This document shows, piece by piece, positions 57,791 to 64,000 of a stretch of 64,000 bases of DNA. Each line of letters opens with the position of its first letter. Position 1 is the first letter of the stretch. This DNA comes from Setoptus koraiensis. Taxonomy: Eukaryota > Animalia > Arthropoda. Below the pieces are notes generated by a model. The model was not told the origin of the DNA. It saw nothing but the letters and a program-made list of their open reading frames with translations, and ran no database searches. The position numbers and the translations under genes were made by a program. Location: NCBI GenBank assembly GCA_048013815.1, contig CM106585.1, positions 16,926,001-16,990,000 of the forward strand, given 5' to 3'.

Positions 57791-60550
57791 GCGGAAATAT
57801 TCATCCATGAAGGCGCCATCGCAATGGGACAAGGGGGGGGGGATATGTGTGCCAATTCACGCAGCGGCCATTACAGTGTCTATACAGTTCATTTGGCCAG
57901 CTCACTTGATTAACAAATCTTTGTGCCTTTGTGGCGCAAACTGCTCGCAAAGTCCCATTAAGTTTGTCTGTTGTAATAGTCAAGGCCGACAGAAAATAAA
58001 ATAGAGACAGAGAGAGATAAAGAAATAATAAGACTAGAAGTAAAGCCAACGGAGTTCATTCAAGGAGTGTGTGTGTGTGTGTGTCTGAACTCCACTCCAG
58101 ACAACATCAGGTAGACTTGAATTACGCAACAACTCTGCTGCCATTATAAATAGGTAACAGGTGCTTGAGTTTGTTTGAACAAGGAAATGGAGTTCATTTT
58201 ATATAAAACTGGAATAAAATTTATAAAGGTAAGATGTTGGCAGGCGAGGTGTGACTTTGTTAGCTGCAGAGTTGACTCCTTCAAATGTCGGCACCGTGTC
58301 TCTCTGATTGATTTGTTAAATTTTTAATTGCACGTATACACATGTATTCATATATAAATATATGTTCATATGAATGCACGCAGCAACATCAATCGTCATT
58401 GTAGTCGTCACAGCAAGGCAAGGTGTTGCTGTCTTTAACAACCACTGACTAAACTTTAACTTTAGCTTCAGCTTCAACTATTAGCTTGTGAGTTTGATTT
58501 CGACTTTAACTTTGAATTGATCACGTAACGCACACACAGTTGTGGATATTATTATCACAATACACGTTTATATCTAGTTTGCATCTGATGCTAAATTCTT
58601 TGGTTCCCTCATCACGTATCATTTATATCACGTATATCTCGCCCTTTGCGGTGGCACTACAGTAATACAGTAGTAGTAGTATAGTAGTAGTGGTGTAATA
58701 GTAGTAGTATAATAGAAGTAGTTGCGACGGATGCTGCAGCTCCAGTAGAAGAAGTGGTGGTGTTGTTGGTGGTTGTTGTTGTTGTTGTTATGGTTGCTGT
58801 TGCTGTTGTTATGGTTGCTGTTGTTGTGGTGTTAATGGTAGCTATTAAGAGAGTTTTATGTGTAAGATATTGCCATGGTTGCTAGACTCAATACCATTAG
58901 AGTTACGGCAGAGTTACAGCAGAGTTACAGCAGAGTTACAGAGAGAATAGTGGATGTTGGATAGTATACAAGTTGAGATAAATGTTTAGTCATTTGCGCA
59001 AAAAAAAAGATAATGTATGATTGTATCTAATCGGAAACAACGCACAACTACCAGCACTTCTAATAATAATAATAGTAATAATAACGATAATAATAGTAAT
59101 AATAATAGTTGTAATGATAGATAGATAGATAGATAGAATAATGTTTTATGTTACATGGACTTGTAGAGATGTAAAAGTTGAGTCAGTTGTTCAGCTTGAT
59201 CAGCTTTGACAAAATACATTCTGACTTGTCTAGTCTTTTCTCCTACTTCACCCTGACTCGGTGTGTTCGACAACGGCGACGACAACGACGGCGACGCTGA
59301 CTCCGGCGACGACCAGCCCCCAGAAAGACACTACCGCAGACACTATATCAATAATGAGGCAAGCTAACAAACAATAGTCAATAGCTATTGATTCAGCTAC
59401 TCAGTACACGAATCTCTCGTTCGTCAGTCAGTTTATTATCTCACCTGTTGCTGTTGCTGGTGCTGTTGATCAATCAAACAGCAACACCGGCTAGAAATAG
59501 CTACCACCAATACTAGAACAGAGAGAACGGATCAAATCAATTGAGTTATATAACACATGAAAATTGTTAGCGACAACAACAATAACAAAGTCTATAATTA
59601 CCGCTACAATCTTCTCGTGTTTTGCTAGTTTGTATGTGTGGTTGTTCAAGAACTATTACACAATATGACATTCATTATTTGTTAATAAGTGTTGGTTGTT
59701 TGCACCCAGTTATATAGTGTGCAAACAGTATATTACAACCAGTATACAACAAACAGTTTAGTTTTAAACAATCTTTACGACAATTATAGTAACTCATCGA
59801 TCGGCAGCAATTGAACAAGCTCAGTTCATTAACATCCATTGTTGGTAATATCACCAGTTAACATTACCGCCAGAGATGTGATGAAATTTCCACACAATCA
59901 ATCCACAATCAAATACCAACAAGTTGAACAGCAATCAACATCATAAGATTAGAATTTTTTCGTTGTGTACACCATCAGGTTATCCCTATGAGTCAGTATC
60001 GCTAGAGTCATCACAGAGACACAACTATCATCTAAACATCATAACAACCATCATCAAACCAGCCAGCGAGCTTACAAAAAACCGGCCACGTTTGCCACGG
60101 ATTTTCCCTTTATCATTTGTTTGCAAGTAGGCGTTAATGACCTGATTAACGCTATATCATAGTATTCATATATGGCAACTCTCTACATGGCGTCCACATT
60201 TCAGTCAGCGTCGGAACAGATGCCAATAGTTGACCATTGTGGTATTTTGAGCGAACCCAAAATCCCATTAATGTTGCCCCCAGTGATTGAGTATCCATTA
60301 GCATCGTTAATAGAGTGTATGCGATTAATTTTATTTATATTTATAGTAACGGTTTCAATGACAATGTCACAATTGGCCACCTCAACGTTTGGCCTATTCA
60401 TGGATATTGTGTCAAATTTCGACGAACACTTCCTAAGGCTAGTGCCAGTGATATTCACTTGACCACTTGGACACACATCTCAATAAATTAACAAAATCTG
60501 AGGAAACATTATCACTATGTAACATAACATGTTGTCTCATTTGACACAAT

Positions 60551-61318
60551 TTAGTCTTTAATGATCTTATTAAAATGATGATATTTACAGCTGAGGCCCC
60601 CGTCAATAGATATATCACAACCATTCAATAATTTGCTGCCATTTTGCTCTATTACAAACAAAATCAAATCTACAACTTCCTTCATCTCACCGCATCTATT
60701 CAACAATGTTAATGGTGCATGCTCGGCGTGATAAGGTCTGTCCTCAGTCAGTATAGGACCCGGCGAAACAGCTACAAAATTAACCCGATCAAAGTATCTT
60801 TCGTCTTTTGCTAGCTCCTGTGTAAATTGAGTGAGACAAGCTTTAGATATACTGTAGGATCTGAGTAAAACGGCGACTCTACTAGCTACCGAGGACACAT
60901 TTAAAACAAGGCCTCTATAGTTTTGTTTTGGTTCCTCTAGATATGGCAACGCCAATTGACACAATCTAATAGGAGCATAGACATTCACCTTTAAAACTTT
61001 CAAGAAATCGTCCATCCATTCACTATCACCAATGTCTTTTATGTCACCTCGATAGCCGGCATTGTTGACTAATACATCTATTCTGTGGTATTTCTCTACT
61101 GTTTTGCTAATAATACCACTCACCTCATCTTCTTTGCAAAGGTCGGCCACAATGCACAACGAGTTGTCGGGATATTGAAGCTGTCGAGCCACCTCCTGAA
61201 GTCTGTCTATGTTGCGTCCAGTTAGCACCACCGAGTAGCCCAATTTGTTCAATTCAATGGCCAACTTGGCACCTATTCCAGTGCCGGATCCAGTAATGAT
61301 TGCCACTCTGCTTGCCAT
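60551..61318 (-). CDS. Classical short-chain dehydrogenase/reductase, 255 aa, single exon
   Basis: IITGSGTGIG (TGxxxGIG), RIDVLVNNAG, NVSS, YSISK (YxxxK), VSPGPILT, GCDISIDGG. Confidence 0.92.
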   Translation of the reverse strand: MASRVAIITGSGTGIGAKLAIELNKLGYSVVLTGRNIDRLQEVARQLQYPDNSLCIVADLCKEDEVSGIISKTVEKYHRIDVLVNNAGYRGDIKDIGDSEWMDDFLKVLKVNVYAPIRLCQLALPYLEEPKQNYRGLVLNVSSVASRVAVLLRSYSISKACLTQFTQELAKDERYFDRVNFVAVSPGPILTEDRPYHAEHAPLTLLNRCGEMKEVVDLILFVIEQNGSKLLNGCDISIDGGLSCKYHHFNKIIKD

Positions 61319-62060
61319 GATTGTCGTCTCTGGTCGTTGCGCTCAAATGCTGGTGACTAGACTGTATTCTTTGCTTTATTGCTTTATGTATTTTGTTATT
61401 GCTATGCGTATTTCGTTATTGCTATGTGTATTTTGTTATTGCCAAGTCCCAATGGCGTTTGCGTTCTGAAGCTCAGAGGTTTGGCTTGTTGATTTCTTGT
61501 GTGAGAAAATCTGGCACTCGATTCTTGGTGAGAATGACAGTGTCCAGCCCTTCAGATCCTTGTATTATGTCCGCTGTGTCTGCATCAAGAGCCACTAATT
61601 AGCCAGTTAATTAATACAACACCACACAGTAATATCAATCAACATGTTGTGGAAATAATAAGCCGTCATCTGTGTCGAATTGTCCACTCGCTCCATTCAC
61701 AGTGGTCGTCGTCCATCTTTTAGTCTTCAAATCGATGGTTGTAAACAATGCTGCTGTGTGCTTTGTCTGTTCATGATGATTCTGACACAGTTTTGCCTGT
61801 GAGCCTGTCTGTCCGTGTGTTTGCTTGTGTGTGTGTGTGTGTGTGTGAGTGTGTGTGTGTGCGTGTGTGTGTGTGTGTGTGCTGCTGGACTGGCCGTGGA
61901 ATAAAATGAGGAAAAATTCTCACAGATCTGATACAAATAGCCATCGTCCAAAAACAATTGTCCATATATTTACATACACATATATTTACATTATTATCTG
62001 ATGACAATGATGCATTTATCAGCTCACTAGTTTAAGTGTGTGTTATTCAAATTATGATCC

Positions 62061-63845
62061 ATGGTGATGCCAGATGAAATGACGGAAGTAAGTAATATTA
62101 TTTGTCGAACACACATATTTTTATTTGGCTGGCGTAGGTCACCATGCAAATCAATCGCCACAAACAATATCAGTCCAACCACGAGCACAACATATGACCA
62201 TCTCAACAGAATATCACCAAACTGAATTTGTCCATTCGCTGTTATAATATTCTCTTATTCTATCATGTTCATTAGGGTTTGCCTGCCGGCACAGAGGTCG
62301 TGGCCAGGTATGACTTTGAGGGAAACTCCGACAAGGACCTGCCATTTGACAAAGGCGACATACTCACTATAGTATCACAGGCAATGGACACTAATTGGTA
62401 TCATGCACAACATGTCGACGGCAGAAAGGGTCTCATACCAGCCAATTATATACAAAAAAGGTCCGAGGTCAAACTAAATTCTATGCCATGGTTTCATGGA
62501 AAAATAACCAGAGACGAAGCAGAAACACTACTTCAGCCAAGAGAGGTAAACACAAACACCACCCGATCATTGCCAGTGACTTGTCACGGATGCTTTTGAA
62601 CGATTCAACATTGTATTTTCTTCTAACATTATTTCTTGCATTCTTTTTTTTTCTAACTATGCAATCAGGATGGCTTGTACTTGGTCCGAGAGAGCACCAA
62701 TTTTCCAGGAGACTATACCCTGTGTGTTTGCTGCAACAACAAGGTAGAACATTACCGAATTATATTTATGAACGCTAAATATACCATCGATGAAGAGGGC
62801 TTCTTCAGCAGTTTAACAGAATTAGTTGCGGTGAGTTCTAACTACGAGGAAAAAATAACTCTCTTGTAGTTTCCGGCCTGACATCTATTTCATCATGATC
62901 ATTTCTATCATCTTTCCACTCTGCCCCTACTCAATGATACAGCATTATCGACACGACGCCGATGGTCTTTGCACAGCACTCAAAGTTTCAGTACCTAAGA
63001 AAAGCGATAGGGGTGACCTCAAGGCTTTCGAGGCAGCCGGATGGGTCATCAAAACGAAAGATCTCAAATTTTCAGGTGAAAGTCTTGGCAAGGGCGAGAC
63101 TGGCGATGTTGAATTAGCTCTCTATGGACACCAGAAAGTAGCAGTGAAAAAGATGAAGGATTGTAAAGAGGCCATCAATAGCTTTCTCACCGAGGCCAGT
63201 GTCATGACATCACTGAGACATAAGAATCTAGTTCAATTACTTGGAATAACAATCGACAGTCCAACCATTTGCTTGGTCACAGAATATATGGAAAAGGGAT
63301 CTATAGCAGAATATTTGCGCTCTCGTGGACGCTCAAGAGTTTCTAAGTATGATCAAATCAAGTTTGCCACCGATACATGCGCGGGAATGGCTTATCTAGA
63401 GTTGAAGAAAGTTGTACATAGAGATCTAGCAGCCAGGAATGTTTTAATATCCGAAGATAATACAGCCAAAGTCTGTGACTTTGGCTTAGCCAGCTACGAT
63501 AAATTGGTCCAACTCTCTGGCCCAGTTCCAGTAAAATGGACAGCCCCCGAAAGTTTGAAATTTGGAAAATTCTCATCGAAATCGGACATGTGGTCTTTTG
63601 GAATTCTACTGTATGAAATATATTCATTTGGTCGCATGCCATACCCCAAACTTCTCGCAGACGATGTTGTTAAGCGCGTTGAAAATGGGTACAGGATGGA
63701 CGCTCCAGATGGTTGTCCAAGTGAAATCTATGATATCATGAAACAAGCATGGTCGGCTGATCCAAACAAGAGGCCCACGTTCGCTCTTGTTCTAAGCAAA
63801 CTCGAGCAGTTAAAAGAAACCACAGATGCATCTATTTTTACATGA
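62061..63845 (+). CDS. CSK: C-terminal Src kinase, about 453 aa. Exons 62061-62087, 62276-62545, 62669-62830, 62943-63845
   Basis: SH3 ([19 protein letters not shown]...NWY...GLIPANY), SH2 ([21 protein letters not shown]), kinase ([23 protein letters not shown]). No activation-loop Tyr and no C-terminal regulatory Tyr tail. All splice junctions are GT-AG, phase 0. The first 27-nt exon is less certain. Confidence 0.92.
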
Positions 63846-64000
63846 CCGTCCACACCAAGTACATATGATAAAATGCAACTTGATATTTGTAAAGATTTTG
63901 TTGCATCAACTTTCTTTTACAGACTGACCAACAGGTACCTAGAAATATTTTAAACTAAACACGCACCATGATGGCTCCTACATTTTAACTGGTGCTATGT

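Noticed and set aside
60201-60476. 91-aa ORF downstream of the SDR
   Set aside because: It has no ATG start in the first codons and no recognisable domain; probably SDR 3' flank.
61354-61376. TGACTAGA resembling the miR-279 family seed (also near 7125)
   Set aside because: The rest of the sequence does not match and there is no hairpin.

Overview
Eukaryotic (animal) DNA, not prokaryotic. The gene set (proctolin precursor, SicTox-type phospholipase D, Argos) and the very low intron density point to an arthropod, most plausibly a compact-genome mite; this is inference. Layout: (i) 1-27 kb, a few signalling and ion-transport genes (partial Argos-related secreted protein, divergent Na+/K+-ATPase alpha, PDZ-less Dishevelled-like, canonical Argos) in long repeat- and palindrome-rich non-coding DNA. 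(ii) 27.7-39.8 kb, a tight cluster of single-exon genes (TAPT1, LRIG-like, NOL10, SPRTN, SNAP29, TSEN2, FNTA), including a deleted NOL10 pseudogene and a tail-to-tail CDS overlap. (iii) 41-64 kb, proctolin, a mir-190 hairpin with no visible talin host, a 4-exon class II phospholipase D with a long C-terminal extension, an SDR and Csk. Most short ORFs in the track are artefacts of low-complexity repeats. Strongest leads: mir-190 apparently uncoupled from talin; a Na+/K+-ATPase with altered ion-site residues and two large N-domain inserts; a DIX-DEP-only Dishevelled; and an antisense NOL10 relic between two convergent 3' ends. All family assignments were made from remembered motifs; no searches were run.
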